A stretch of DNA of 64,000 nucleotides. Source: Gemmatimonadota bacterium (GTDB lineage: Bacteria > Gemmatimonadota > Gemmatimonadetes > Gemmatimonadales > GWC2-71-9). The translations under genes were made by a program, and so were the position numbers. Below are positions 47,001-56,299 of this stretch, piece by piece. The notes under the pieces were generated by a model, which saw only the letters and a program-made list of their open reading frames with translations, was not told the origin of the DNA and made no database searches. Numbering within the stretch: the stretch's first letter is position 1; each line of letters starts with the position of its first letter. Location of the stretch: the NCBI GenBank assembly GCA_039588295.1, contig JBDHAB010000003.1, forward strand, positions 73,983 through 137,982. The letters run 5' to 3'.

Positions 47001-48373
47001 CCGCTCCGTTCGTGCGTGACATCGCGGGGACGCTGGATGCTGACTTCGGGATCGAGGGTACCTGGGAGCGGCCCGAACTCGCTGGTCATCTCGCCGTGCG
47101 CGGTGGTGCGGCGACATTCCCGGCACTTGGCGTGCGGCATGAGGCGCTGAACGGCTCCCTGGCGCTCTCAGGCGACACGATTCGCGTGGAGACGCTGTCG
47201 CTGCGCAGTGGAGATGGCGGGGCCGAGATCCGGGGGGTTGTGCGTTTGGAAGAGCTGAGTCGTCCGTTGCTCGACCTCCAGGTTCAGGCGCGGAGGTTCC
47301 GCTCTATTGACGTGCGGGGGTTTCTGTCTCTCACGGCAACCGCCGACCTGCAACTGCGGGGTCCCGTGTATCAGGCGACCCTCACGGGTCGCGGCACTGC
47401 TACGAGTGGTGTCTTGTATTTTACCGATCTGATCACCAAGAACGTGGTGAATCTCGAAGACACGCTTTTCGCAGAGTTCGTGGACACCACGCTCCTCAGA
47501 CGTCAGGGCCTAGGTGCGGAGTTCGAGAGTCGATTTCTCGACAGTCTTCGGATCGATAGCCTACGGCTTGGCATGGGGTCGGATTTCTGGATGCGCTCCA
47601 GTGAGGCGAATGTGCAGTTAGCCGGCGATGTGACCGTCAGCAAGTTGCGGGGCCGGTACCGCCTGGACGGCACGCTCCAGGCACCGCGCGGTACCTATCG
47701 ACTCCAATTGGGATTGGGGACGAGCCGAGAATTTGCGGTGACGAGGGGTGAGATTCGCTATCTCGGCACGCCCGACCTGAACGCGGATCTCGATATCGAT
47801 GCGCAGCACGCGGTCCGATCCACGCTGGGGGAGGATGTGAGGGTCTTCGTGAATATCGGCGGGTCGCTGTACGATCCCCGGCTTTCACTCTCCAGTGATG
47901 TGCGGCCACCGTTGTCCGAGCCCGAGATCATCAACTATCTGGTGTTCGGCGCTCCGACGCTGCAGGCTGGGGGTGGCACAAGTGGGCTGGAGTCCCGCTT
48001 GCTCACCCAGGCCGCGCTCGGCACCCTGTCGGGTCAAATCGAGTACGCACTGATCTCGGATCTTGGCGCACCGATCGACTACTTTCAGATCCGGCCGACG
48101 ACGGGGGTCGGCGGCGTCACCGGAGCGGTGTTCGCCGTCGGCAAGCAGTTCAGCGTACTCGGCACGACGGCGTTTCTGACGGCGAGTCCCAGAGTCTGCC
48201 GCCAGGAGGCCTTGAGCTTTCAGAGCGGTGGTGCCAGTCTGGAGTTTCGGCTAAGTCGTCAATGGCTGGTTGCGGCTAGTGTCGATCCGTTACGGAGTTG
48301 TGAGATCTCGACGGCACCGTCCGCCGGCAACTACCAGTTTGGCGCCGATCTCTTTTGGGAACGGAGTTTTTAG
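44039..48373 (+). CDS. tamB: Translocation and assembly module TamB-like protein
   Basis: 1444 aa beta-rich protein with N-terminal anchor, coupled to the Omp85 gene; C-terminal GSLYDPRLSLSS..PLSE.EII.YL.FG. Confidence 0.85.
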   Translation: MLGRTLGWIAVAVSSLAGTVLGVTGVALRTPVGRRIVVERSVRAVNQELHGALTVGGVGGSFFRGLEVQDVAVRGADGTAILTADLVGIRYRIADLLRGRIVFGELRLSGPKVTLVQAAPGEPFNFERLFPPGERTGGPGPLIAFNDVQISGGEFVIKTPVGPRDTVHERESGSNGDLQVRRFASLYGTLSYLRVASNRPGDPILAEINHLRTEASDPRISVLNARGSVELFGDSVRLNLAEVRLPRTRGELSGRLSWDQGPLLVAFRGEATPGRTDDVRGLVATLPAGIAGNGRFTVNSMDDAVLEFSGEELVMTADDGGRMRGRLGMRIGPGEQWAFQGTSLDLDAFDLDYVRGFLDTVPFAGTLTGSLAADGPADSLRLSLDATFTDRLVGDEPQSYVRGEGVVAVLSDDFVFDRFRVEEADIGLGTVRRLVPAMVVQGRLYARGLLDGSWLNATLAGELRHRDAPLPETVARGRVRLDARRDTLGVWVDVTLDSLQLEGLRSSFDGWALQGAWAGPLSLAGYWDSLVIQADLEGPAGSVRAAGSLELLDSITGAHDLHLQTRSLDLAAVQSGLPRTRLSGDARGAGSAGADGASRFRASVALGRSSIKGVTVDSVEAHASLADGFLGFDTLQVLAAGLDVQAAGRIGLGAAQQDTVTFTATTDTIGVLEPIIQSWLGPLETDEVAARPSGTLRAAGRVIGSVDEYQVIADLEMSQVRRGPLFVSRAGGAATWVSTTRSLRFDGVVDSTVVGAVALGGLRVQLHGRPDSLNWHGRSRLGYGAWMGRGQWIANHDVSRVVLDSLGLSLASGPWFIDTAASIILDDSGLTFSDLTFASLRGSGRLAVRGRWPFRGPGTLDGSVSGLPVSDVLVLLLRDPEEASGELSGTLAVGGTARAPEFRFLVSLRDGVYGEFRAPPDTRGVVEYRDRVLAADLELWRLGKQVLKVTAGFPLDLALTGAVRRRLPGPIQVRAMAEGVDLSLFEATAPFVRDIAGTLDADFGIEGTWERPELAGHLAVRGGAATFPALGVRHEALNGSLALSGDTIRVETLSLRSGDGGAEIRGVVRLEELSRPLLDLQVQARRFRSIDVRGFLSLTATADLQLRGPVYQATLTGRGTATSGVLYFTDLITKNVVNLEDTLFAEFVDTTLLRRQGLGAEFESRFLDSLRIDSLRLGMGSDFWMRSSEANVQLAGDVTVSKLRGRYRLDGTLQAPRGTYRLQLGLGTSREFAVTRGEIRYLGTPDLNADLDIDAQHAVRSTLGEDVRVFVNIGGSLYDPRLSLSSDVRPPLSEPEIINYLVFGAPTLQAGGGTSGLESRLLTQAALGTLSGQIEYALISDLGAPIDYFQIRPTTGVGGVTGAVFAVGKQFSVLGTTAFLTASPRVCRQEALSFQSGGASLEFRLSRQWLVAASVDPLRSCEISTAPSAGNYQFGADLFWERSF

Positions 48374-49266
48374 TGGCACGCGCGCTCCTCATCTTCAATC
48401 CCGCTGCGGCCCGGGCCAATCAACGTGTAGTGCGATCGGTGAGTCGCGTGTTCAGTCAGGAGGGATGGAACCTGGAGGTGGTGGGGACGACGCGGCCGGG
48501 CCACGCAGAAGATCTGGCGCGGCAAGGCGTCGCGGATGGCGCCGAATTGATTGCCGTGTACGGCGGTGACGGCACGACGATGCAGGCGGTCCGGGGGCTG
48601 GTCGGGCAGGAGGTGCCGGTGGGGCTCATTCCCGGCGGCGCCGGTAATCTCTTGGCCGGCAACTTGCGGCTGCCTCGCAACCCCACGGCGGCCGCAAGAG
48701 TGGCGGCGCGGGGTGTGGCAAAGCGGATTGATCTGGGACGACTCCGTCGTGAGGAAGGCGAGCGGTATTTCGCCGTTGCCTGTGGCGCGGGATTCGATGC
48801 CGACCTCATGGCTCGCACGTCCGGCGCCGCGAAGCGACGTTGGCGTATGGGAGCATACGTTGCGCAATTTTGGGGGGCGCTCCACGACGTGAAGCTGGTG
48901 GCGCACACCATCACCGTTGATGGGACGATACTCGAGGTCGAGGCGGTCATGGTCATGGTCGCGAACTGCGGCGAGCTTATGCCCCCGTTCTTTCGGCTCC
49001 GCGAAGGGATCGCTCCCGATGACGGGATCTTCGATGTCGTCGTCGTGAACGCGACGACGGTGGTCGAGGGCATCGATATCACGTTGCGCATGTTGACCGG
49101 GCGGGTGAAGGACCATCACCGGGTTCGGTACGCGCGAGGGAGGTCCGTTACCGTGGAGACCGCCGAACCGCGACCGGTGCAGTTCGACGGTGAACCGGGT
49201 GGCGTGACCCCGTTCACGGCTGACGTTGTTCCCAACGGTGTCCGGATCATCCTGCCGCGGCGCTAG
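48373..49266 (+). CDS. Diacylglycerol kinase family (YegS-like) lipid kinase
   Basis: IFNPAA, GGDGT, IPGGAGN, GAGFDA, QFDGE. Confidence 0.92.
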   Translation: MARALLIFNPAAARANQRVVRSVSRVFSQEGWNLEVVGTTRPGHAEDLARQGVADGAELIAVYGGDGTTMQAVRGLVGQEVPVGLIPGGAGNLLAGNLRLPRNPTAAARVAARGVAKRIDLGRLRREEGERYFAVACGAGFDADLMARTSGAAKRRWRMGAYVAQFWGALHDVKLVAHTITVDGTILEVEAVMVMVANCGELMPPFFRLREGIAPDDGIFDVVVVNATTVVEGIDITLRMLTGRVKDHHRVRYARGRSVTVETAEPRPVQFDGEPGGVTPFTADVVPNGVRIILPRR

Positions 49267-49284
49267 CGGGAAGAGGAGACGACG

Positions 49285-49470
49285 ATGCAAGAGACCGATA
49301 AGATGATCTGCCGTGCGTGTGGGAATGAGGAGCGCGCGTCGGAAGGCTACCCGTGCGATGCTTGCGGTACGTTCATCTGCATCATCTGTTCCATGCGAGG
49401 CGTCACGTCATGCAAAGAGTGCCAGGCGAAGGCCGGTCAGGGTGCGGAGCCGTCGCCGGATGCGCCGTGA
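49285..49470 (+). CDS. Small (61 aa) four-CxxC zinc-finger-like protein
   Basis: GAGGAG RBS; CRAC, CDAC, CIIC, CKEC. Confidence 0.8.
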   Translation: MQETDKMICRACGNEERASEGYPCDACGTFICIICSMRGVTSCKECQAKAGQGAEPSPDAP

Positions 49471-49534
49471 CCGACCGGTAGCGGCGTTCCGGGCCCGGCC
49501 GACCTGGGCCGCATAGGACCTTGGAGATCGGATA

Positions 49535-50242
49535 GTGCGCTCCCCGCCCGAAAAGCTCGTCCTGTTCGACATCGACAGCACGCTGGTATGGTCGGCGGGC
49601 GCTGGCCGTTCGGCAATCGGTCGGGCCCTGCTGTCGGAAATGGGGGCAACCGGTCCGATCGACGGCTACCGATTCGACGGAAAGACAGACCCTCAGATCA
49701 TCAGTGAGCTGATGACGGCGGCGGGACACCCCGATGCGAAGAGCGAGCGGCACATCGCGGCAGTGTGCCGACGCTATCTCGAGTTGTTGCACGGCGAGTT
49801 AGGCGCACGGAGCGGGAACGTTCGCCTCTATCCCGGCGTGACACCCCTGTTGGATGCCTTGGACACACGCAACGACGCGCTCGTCGGGCTGTTGACTGGC
49901 AACCTGGAGGAGGGGGCCAGTCTCAAACTCCAGTCGGCTGGCCTCGATCCCGAGCGCTTCCGCGTCGGTGCGTTCGGCTCTGATTCTGCCATGCGTGCTG
50001 AGTTGCCCGCGATCGCAGCCGCCCGAGCCGCCCCGTTGATGGGCCGGGTCCCCGCAGGTGAGGAGATCATCGTCGTTGGAGATACACCGGCCGACATGAC
50101 CTGCGGTCAGGGTGTCGGAGCGCGCGCGGTCGGGGTCGCCACTGGGCGGCACAGCGTGGTGGAGCTCCTGGCGGCCGGTGCGCACGTGGCCTTCGAGGAT
50201 CTGTCCGACACCGCGGCGGTCCTGCACTCCATTTATTCGTGA
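49535..50242 (+). CDS. HAD family hydrolase (phosphoglycolate phosphatase-like)
   Basis: LFDIDSTL, GKTD, LTGN, GAFGSD, VGDTPAD. Confidence 0.9.
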   Translation: MRSPPEKLVLFDIDSTLVWSAGAGRSAIGRALLSEMGATGPIDGYRFDGKTDPQIISELMTAAGHPDAKSERHIAAVCRRYLELLHGELGARSGNVRLYPGVTPLLDALDTRNDALVGLLTGNLEEGASLKLQSAGLDPERFRVGAFGSDSAMRAELPAIAAARAAPLMGRVPAGEEIIVVGDTPADMTCGQGVGARAVGVATGRHSVVELLAAGAHVAFEDLSDTAAVLHSIYS

Positions 50243-50982
50243 GCAATCCCAAACTCCTCATTCCTGTTCGTGTCCCGGAGCTGGGCCCGTTCTTGGGGAA
50301 GGTGATTACGGGCACGGGTTGCACGCCGGGCGGCCTCCAACTCGACGCTGTGCGCTACCGTCTCGTGACCCGCCTGTTCGAGCGTGCCGGAGAGGCGCGC
50401 CGGCTTGCCGGGCGTGAAGAGCGACAGGCGGCGCTTGCCACCATCGGTCGAACGGCCTGGCTCGAGGCATGGGACGAGGCGGTTTCCACGGCGGGAGAGC
50501 TGCTTGCCGAGCGGGTCTCTGGGCGGCTCGAGTCCGAGGCGCTCGCTGTCCGGCTCCCACGGCGCAAGCGGAGGCGGCTCCAACTGGACGAGGCTGAAAG
50601 GCGAGCGCTGAACGCACGCTTGGGATCTGCGGGCGCGGTACTCGTTCCCGCGTTGGACAGGCTCGAGCAGCGTGCATCGCTGGCACTCGACGCGACGGCG
50701 GTGCAGCGTGAGGCGGTCGAGGCTTGGCAGGACGCCCTGCGCACTTCGGCCCGTCGGATGGAAGCGGCGTGGTTCGATCTCGAACGCCGCATTCAGCACG
50801 AATGGGAGCGTTGGGCGGTCGTGGCGGACGGGGTTGCGTCGTGGCGCGGACACTGGTGGCTGTTCGGGCTGGGCGCAGTGGTCCTCCTCGGTGCCGCCTT
50901 GTACGTCGGGCTCGTATGGGGTGGCTACGTGGAACTCCCTCGCTGGCTCGCGACCTTAGGGGACGGGGTCGGGGAGCGGTGA
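50239..50982 (+). CDS. Hypothetical helical protein with C-terminal transmembrane anchor
   Basis: GTGA overlaps with both neighbours; C-terminal hydrophobic segment WWLFGLGAVVLLGAALYVGLVWG. Confidence 0.75.
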   Translation: MSNPKLLIPVRVPELGPFLGKVITGTGCTPGGLQLDAVRYRLVTRLFERAGEARRLAGREERQAALATIGRTAWLEAWDEAVSTAGELLAERVSGRLESEALAVRLPRRKRRRLQLDEAERRALNARLGSAGAVLVPALDRLEQRASLALDATAVQREAVEAWQDALRTSARRMEAAWFDLERRIQHEWERWAVVADGVASWRGHWWLFGLGAVVLLGAALYVGLVWGGYVELPRWLATLGDGVGER

Positions 50983-51362
50983 CGACACTCGGTCTTGGCT
51001 TGGATCTGGTGGACGTGTCGCGAGTTGCGCGACTCCTCGAACGGTACGGGGACCGGGCACTCCGGCGCCTCCTGACCGAGGACGAGCGTGATTACTGCAT
51101 GAGGCAAGCGTTTCCCGCGCAGCATGTAGCGGCGCGGCTCGCCGCGAAGGAGGCGGCCTTCAAGGCGCTGGCGCAGCACTCGGGCGATCACGCTATCGGC
51201 TGGCGGGAACTCGAGGTCCGGCGCGGTCACGACGGCCGCCCAACGCTGGCGCTACACGGGCGCGCCCGCGACGTGGCCGACCGACTGCGCGTCAGGTCGT
51301 CCTTGCTATCGTTGACTCACGTGTCCAGCCACGCAGCAGCCGTCGTGATGCTCTTGGGCTAA
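50979..51362 (+). CDS. acpS: Holo-[acyl-carrier-protein] synthase
   Basis: GLGLDLVDVSRV, AARLAAKEAAFKAL, GRP.L, LSLTH. Confidence 0.93.
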   Translation: MTTLGLGLDLVDVSRVARLLERYGDRALRRLLTEDERDYCMRQAFPAQHVAARLAAKEAAFKALAQHSGDHAIGWRELEVRRGHDGRPTLALHGRARDVADRLRVRSSLLSLTHVSSHAAAVVMLLG

Positions 51363-51462
51363 CCGTAGCGCTGGTGTGCCTGCCTCAACGAGCCTCTCCG
51401 CTCGAGCCGTTGCAAACCCGAGTGGCGGAGTCTACATTCCGCGCCCAATCATTAGCGAGGTT

Positions 51463-53478
51463 ATGCATTTGTCGGTCACTCGGCTCCGCCGCGGGTTCAT
51501 CGCGGCCCTGACGCTCGGCGCCGCAACGAGCGCGGCTGCCCAGGACGGCCAGGGCGCGGTTGCCGCGCGCCGTATCGCCGATGTGACCGCGATCTCGCTG
51601 GCGGAGTACGCCGAAGGGGTCGAAGGCGGCATGGTTGTGCGCCCCGAGGAGTTCCGGGAAGCGCGGCTCTTCCTCATGGAGGTGCGCGAGACCGTTGCCG
51701 AGCTGCCCGGCGCGGTGCAGCCCGCAGTGAGGGACCATCTCGATCGCATCGAGGCCGGGGTGACGGCGCTTCGCTCCGAGGCGGACCTCCTGGTCCTCAT
51801 GGCGGAGCTGCGGCAGACGCTCGAGACTGCGCTCGACGTCCGCCTCGATCCGCTCCCCATGCGTGCGCCATCGCTGGCCCGAGGGGCAGCCATTTATGCG
51901 GAGAACTGCGCACAGTGTCATGGCGCGTCCGGTGCAGGAGACGGACCGGCAGCACAGGCATTGAATCCCCCGCCCGCTGATCTCTCCGATCGCACGGCAT
52001 TACGCGCTGCCACACCGATCGAGTTTCTCCGCAAGCTCAACGTTGGGGTAGCCGGAACGGCGATGCCCGGCTTCGCCGACCTGATCGAACTGGACGACCG
52101 CTGGGCCGTGGTAGCCTATGTGACCGCGCTTCGCTTCGCGGCTGCAGACACGGCGCGGGGGAGAGACTTCATGGAGCGGGTCTGCACGGGCTGTGTTGGC
52201 TTGGTGGGAGACTATGCGTCCACCGTCAGCCTGTCGGACGATTCCCTTGCTGCTCTGATCCGCGTCAGTTCGGAGAGCCGTCTTGACGACACGACCCTCG
52301 CCGCGCTGGTGGCCTACGGTCGCTCGGCAGGTGCAGCCGAGAACCTCGGGCGAGACAACACGGCACGTATGGCGGCGGCCGTGGCGCGAAGCAAGCAGCT
52401 CCTACGCCAGGCGGTGGACCAAGCGGGGCGTGGGGAGACCCGCCGCGCCAACCGGACGGCGCTGAACGCGTATCTCGCATTCGAGCGTGTGGAGACGCTT
52501 GCGCGCGTGAAGGATCCCGCGGCAACTCGCCGGCTCGAGTCAGAATTCTCTGCACTCCGTCGTGATATCCAGACGGGTGTGGGTGTCGAGCCACTGGCGC
52601 TGCGGCACAGCGCCGTCGAGAACGCACTCGACTCCGTCCTGGACCAAATGCTGGAGCGTACCTCGCTGCCGGTGCTGCTGGGGCAGTCCCTGATCATCAT
52701 GCTCCGAGAGGGGATTGAGGCGATCCTCATTGTCGGAGCGCTCGTGGCGTTCCTTGCCAAAGCGGGCGCGTCCGAGCGGAAGCGAGATATCGGCATTGGC
52801 GTGCTGGCCGCCGTCGGAGCCAGCGTGGTGACCGCCGCGGCGTTCGCTACGGTATTTCGAGCTGCGACAGCCCACCAGGAGTTGCTCGAGGGGCTCACCA
52901 TGCTCGTTGCCGCTGCGGTGCTCTTCTGGGTTTCCTATTGGCTGGTCTCGAAAGTGGAACTCCGCAAGTGGCAAGCGTTCGTACGAGACCGTATGCAGCA
53001 AGCGCTCGCGAGCCGACGTCAATGGGCGCTGGCGGCGGTGGCCTTCCTAGCCGTGTACCGAGAGGGGTTCGAGACCGTGTTGTTTTACGCCGCGCTGTTC
53101 ACAACCGCTGATGGGCCCGCGGCGGTCGGCGCAGTGGTGGCGGGGATGCTGATCAGCGCGGTTCTGCTCGTAATTCTCTATGCGGTCATGCAGCGCTACA
53201 GCGGTCGGCTGCCACTTCGGCCGTTCTTTGCGGTCACGAGTGCGCTGCTGTACGTGATGGCATTCAGTTTTGCCGGCCGGGCAATTGCTGAACTCCAGGA
53301 AGCCGGCATCGTCTCCGCCACGCCGCTCGCGTGGCTCCCCTCGGTGCCTGCCCTCGGCATCTATCCGACCTATCAGAGTTTCTTGGTCCAGCTCTTCGTG
53401 GGGGCGGCCCTCGTCGCGGCGTTGGTGTGGGTGTTCTGGCTCCAGCCAAGAACAGCGCAGGTGGCCCGAAGGACGTAA
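51463..53478 (+). CDS. Cytochrome c / FTR1 family iron permease fusion
   Basis: Signal peptide; heme motif CAQCH and GTAMP; FTR1 motifs REGIE and REGFE. Confidence 0.92.
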   Translation: MHLSVTRLRRGFIAALTLGAATSAAAQDGQGAVAARRIADVTAISLAEYAEGVEGGMVVRPEEFREARLFLMEVRETVAELPGAVQPAVRDHLDRIEAGVTALRSEADLLVLMAELRQTLETALDVRLDPLPMRAPSLARGAAIYAENCAQCHGASGAGDGPAAQALNPPPADLSDRTALRAATPIEFLRKLNVGVAGTAMPGFADLIELDDRWAVVAYVTALRFAAADTARGRDFMERVCTGCVGLVGDYASTVSLSDDSLAALIRVSSESRLDDTTLAALVAYGRSAGAAENLGRDNTARMAAAVARSKQLLRQAVDQAGRGETRRANRTALNAYLAFERVETLARVKDPAATRRLESEFSALRRDIQTGVGVEPLALRHSAVENALDSVLDQMLERTSLPVLLGQSLIIMLREGIEAILIVGALVAFLAKAGASERKRDIGIGVLAAVGASVVTAAAFATVFRAATAHQELLEGLTMLVAAAVLFWVSYWLVSKVELRKWQAFVRDRMQQALASRRQWALAAVAFLAVYREGFETVLFYAALFTTADGPAAVGAVVAGMLISAVLLVILYAVMQRYSGRLPLRPFFAVTSALLYVMAFSFAGRAIAELQEAGIVSATPLAWLPSVPALGIYPTYQSFLVQLFVGAALVAALVWVFWLQPRTAQVARRT

Positions 53479-53521
53479 GCGCCATCCGGTCACTTGCAGC
53501 CGCTTTGCCGGCGGGCAACCT

Positions 53522-53536
53522 TTGACTGTCAGTCAA
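53522..53536. promoter_or_regulatory. Perfect 15-bp palindrome upstream of the kinase gene (candidate operator)
   Basis: TTGACTG-T-CAGTCAA in the intergenic region. Confidence 0.4.
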
Positions 53537-53567
53537 GGGGTCGAGAATCCGTCGCGACTTTCTTCCC

Positions 53568-54389
53568 TTGGTACGGCGCGCGCTTGCCGCCCGGTACACC
53601 GTCGATCGCGAGATCGCGCGGGGAGGTGCCGCGTGTGTGTTCTTGGCATATGACAAGAGTGGGGTGCCCGTCGCGCTGAAGGTCCTGCACCCGCAACTAG
53701 CGGGATCGGTGGCGACCGACCGATTCCTTCGCGAAATCTCGTTTCTCTCCGACATCGATCATCCTCGGATCGGTAAGCTCCTCGACTATGGCGAGAGCGA
53801 CTGGTTGGTCTACTACGTTTTGGGATATGTCGAGGGACGCACGCTGCGTGAGCGCCTTGCGGGAGTACCTGCGGTGTCGATCTCGGATACCTGGCAGATC
53901 GCGGACGACCTCCTTCAGGCCCTGGAGTACGCTCATCAAAAGAGCATCATGCATCGCGACGTCAAGCCGGAGAACATCGTCTTGTCGCGCGAGGGTGCCA
54001 TCCTGTTGGACTTCGGCATCGCGCGGGCGATTGCGCAGTCCGGGACCGATCGACTCACCCGTTCCGGCTTTGCGGTCGGTACGTCCGCCTACATGAGCCC
54101 GGAGCAGGTGGAGGGTGATCCCGACATCGACGAGCGGAGTGATATCTACTCGTTGGGTTGCGTGCTGTTCGAGTGCCTTGCCGGTCGACCCCCATTCACG
54201 GCGCGCCGGGAGGAACCCGTTCTGCGAATGCACGTGGACTCAAGAGCACCGGACGTACGATCGTTCAGGTCCGACACGCCTGACGCACTTGCGGACTTCG
54301 TTGCGAGGAGTCTGGAAACCAAGCCTGAGAAGCGGTGGCAATCCGCTGCCACGATGCGGCGTGCCCTGGCTGGTGCTACCGGGGCGTAG
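53568..54389 (+). CDS. Hanks-type Ser/Thr protein kinase, catalytic domain only
   Basis: IARGG, VALKVL, HRDVKPEN, DFG, GTSAYMSPE, DIYSLG. Start uncertain. Confidence 0.92.
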   Translation: MVRRALAARYTVDREIARGGAACVFLAYDKSGVPVALKVLHPQLAGSVATDRFLREISFLSDIDHPRIGKLLDYGESDWLVYYVLGYVEGRTLRERLAGVPAVSISDTWQIADDLLQALEYAHQKSIMHRDVKPENIVLSREGAILLDFGIARAIAQSGTDRLTRSGFAVGTSAYMSPEQVEGDPDIDERSDIYSLGCVLFECLAGRPPFTARREEPVLRMHVDSRAPDVRSFRSDTPDALADFVARSLETKPEKRWQSAATMRRALAGATGA

Positions 54390-54395
54390 GACGGC

Positions 54396-55253
54396 TCAGG
54401 GCGTTTTCCCCCGCTCCGGGCCGCCAGCAGGACGCAGGGTCCCCAAGGCTCCCGGAGCTACCGCGTCCTTTCTCCAGAGCCATGCCACGAGAGCGCCGCC
54501 AGTTGCCACCACGATGATCGCGGCAACTTGAGCCAGGGTGAACTGTCCAAGAAGACGATCATCTTTGGCTCGAATGAACTCGACCAGAAAGCGCTCGGTA
54601 CCGGCAAGCATCAGGTAGACGCCGAACAGCCAGCCGCTAGCGTGGGAGTGCGACCGCAGCCGCCACAGCACCCAGAACACGCCCAGCATCACCGCCGTCT
54701 CGTATAACTGGGTCGGGTGAACTGCGAGCACGTCGAACGGGCTCGCGGCCGCTGGCACATCGACGCCCCAGCGCGCGAGGTTTTGCGCTGTTGAGGGAGG
54801 CAGACCTTCGGGGAACTTCATGCCCCACGGCAGGGACGTGGGTATGCCGTAGTCGTCCTGCACGAGAAAACAGCCGACCCGACCCAACGCGTACCCGACG
54901 ACCAACCCGGGCGCGGCAAGGTCCAATGTGAACCGGGTGGGCACCTTGAGCCGCCAGCCATTACCGAGCACCGCGACCGTCCCGCCGAGCAGCCCCCCGT
55001 ACCAGACCAGGCCGCCGCGACTCAGGAGCCGCCCGATGTCCCCGTACAGCGCGACGTACCAGAGCTTGGCTCCCAGGAGGCCGCCGATTACTCCGGCAAC
55101 GATCACGTCCCAGGCGTACTGTTCGTTGAGTTCGAGCTCGCGGAGTCGCTGCTGCATTACCCAGCCGGCCATGAGGAAGCCCAGCATCACCATGATCCCG
55201 AAACCGGTGAGCGTGAGCGGTCCCAGCTGGATAACGAACGGATAGACGGTCAT
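54396..55253 (-). CDS. lgt: Prolipoprotein diacylglyceryl transferase
   Basis: GGLVWYGG, GRVGCF...D.YG, HPTQLYE, RFLVEFIR. Confidence 0.93.
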   Translation of the reverse strand: MTVYPFVIQLGPLTLTGFGIMVMLGFLMAGWVMQQRLRELELNEQYAWDVIVAGVIGGLLGAKLWYVALYGDIGRLLSRGGLVWYGGLLGGTVAVLGNGWRLKVPTRFTLDLAAPGLVVGYALGRVGCFLVQDDYGIPTSLPWGMKFPEGLPPSTAQNLARWGVDVPAAASPFDVLAVHPTQLYETAVMLGVFWVLWRLRSHSHASGWLFGVYLMLAGTERFLVEFIRAKDDRLLGQFTLAQVAAIIVVATGGALVAWLWRKDAVAPGALGTLRPAGGPERGKTP

Positions 55254-56299
55254 CGTGATGTGCCTGCGGACGATGCAAGAGTCGGGTGCGGCTCGAGACC
55301 TGGCCAGGGCATACGCGCCTGCGCGTCGAGGTAGAGGTCGCTGCGTTCCTGCCGTTCGAGGCGGAACCAGCCCGCCCGAGCGATCATGGCCGCGTTGTCG
55401 GCATTGAGGCGCGGCTGAGCGACGGTGACCACCGCCTGCCCCCGGAGGTGGGTTGCCATTTGGGTCGCCAACGTGCGGCTGCACGCCACACCACCGCCAA
55501 GCACCACGGTACGATGGCCGGTCTGCTCCACGGCGGCTCTCACCTTGCTCACGAGCACGTCAAACACCGCGGCCTGGAATGAGGCGGCGAGGTCAGCCCG
55601 GGCCTCGTCGAGATCATCGCACGATCGCACGGCGTGGAGCACGGCGGTCTTCAATCCGCTGAACGAAAAGTCAAATCCGTCACGCGACATCGGTCGCGGG
55701 AATTCGAACCGATCGCTTCCCTCGGCTGCCAATCGCTCGATGGCGGGTCCACCCGGATACCCGAGGTCGAGCATGCTCGCAACCTTGTCGAATGCCTCGC
55801 CGGCTGCATCGTCTCGCGTCTCGCCCAGCAGCCGGTAGCGCCCCCACTCCGGCACCTCGAGAAGCAGCGTGTGGCCACCCGAAACGACCAGTCCGACGAA
55901 CGGTGGCTCCAGCTCGGGAAACTCGAGCGTAGGCGCGAACAGGTGTGCCTCGAGATGGTGCACGCCGATCAGCGCTTTCTGCTGTATGGCGGCCAGTCCC
56001 TTCGCGTAGCACAGGCCAACCAGTAATGAGCCGACGAGCCCAGGACCAGCGGTGACCGCGATAGCATCGACGGCTTGCATTGGGATACCAGCTTCGGCAA
56101 TGGCACGGCGTACGACCGGCCCGATCGCCCGGACGTGGGCCCGACTGGCAAGTTCCGGTACGACTCCGCCGAAAACCTCGTGCACATCCTGGGACAGGAT
56201 GACGAGGCTCGAGAGTTCCACTCTGCCACCATCGCGTACGAGCAGCGCGGCCGAGGTCTCGTCGCACGAGGTCTCGATGCCGAGAACGACGTCAATCAC
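55250..56299 (-). CDS. tsaD: tRNA N6-threonylcarbamoyltransferase
   Basis: LGIETSCDET, GGVVPELASRAH, HHLEAH, VSGGHT, DDAAGEAFDK, FSFSGLKT, DNAAMIA. Confidence 0.96.
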   Translation of the reverse strand: MIDVVLGIETSCDETSAALLVRDGGRVELSSLVILSQDVHEVFGGVVPELASRAHVRAIGPVVRRAIAEAGIPMQAVDAIAVTAGPGLVGSLLVGLCYAKGLAAIQQKALIGVHHLEAHLFAPTLEFPELEPPFVGLVVSGGHTLLLEVPEWGRYRLLGETRDDAAGEAFDKVASMLDLGYPGGPAIERLAAEGSDRFEFPRPMSRDGFDFSFSGLKTAVLHAVRSCDDLDEARADLAASFQAAVFDVLVSKVRAAVEQTGHRTVVLGGGVACSRTLATQMATHLRGQAVVTVAQPRLNADNAAMIARAGWFRLERQERSDLYLDAQARMPWPGLEPHPTLASSAGTSR

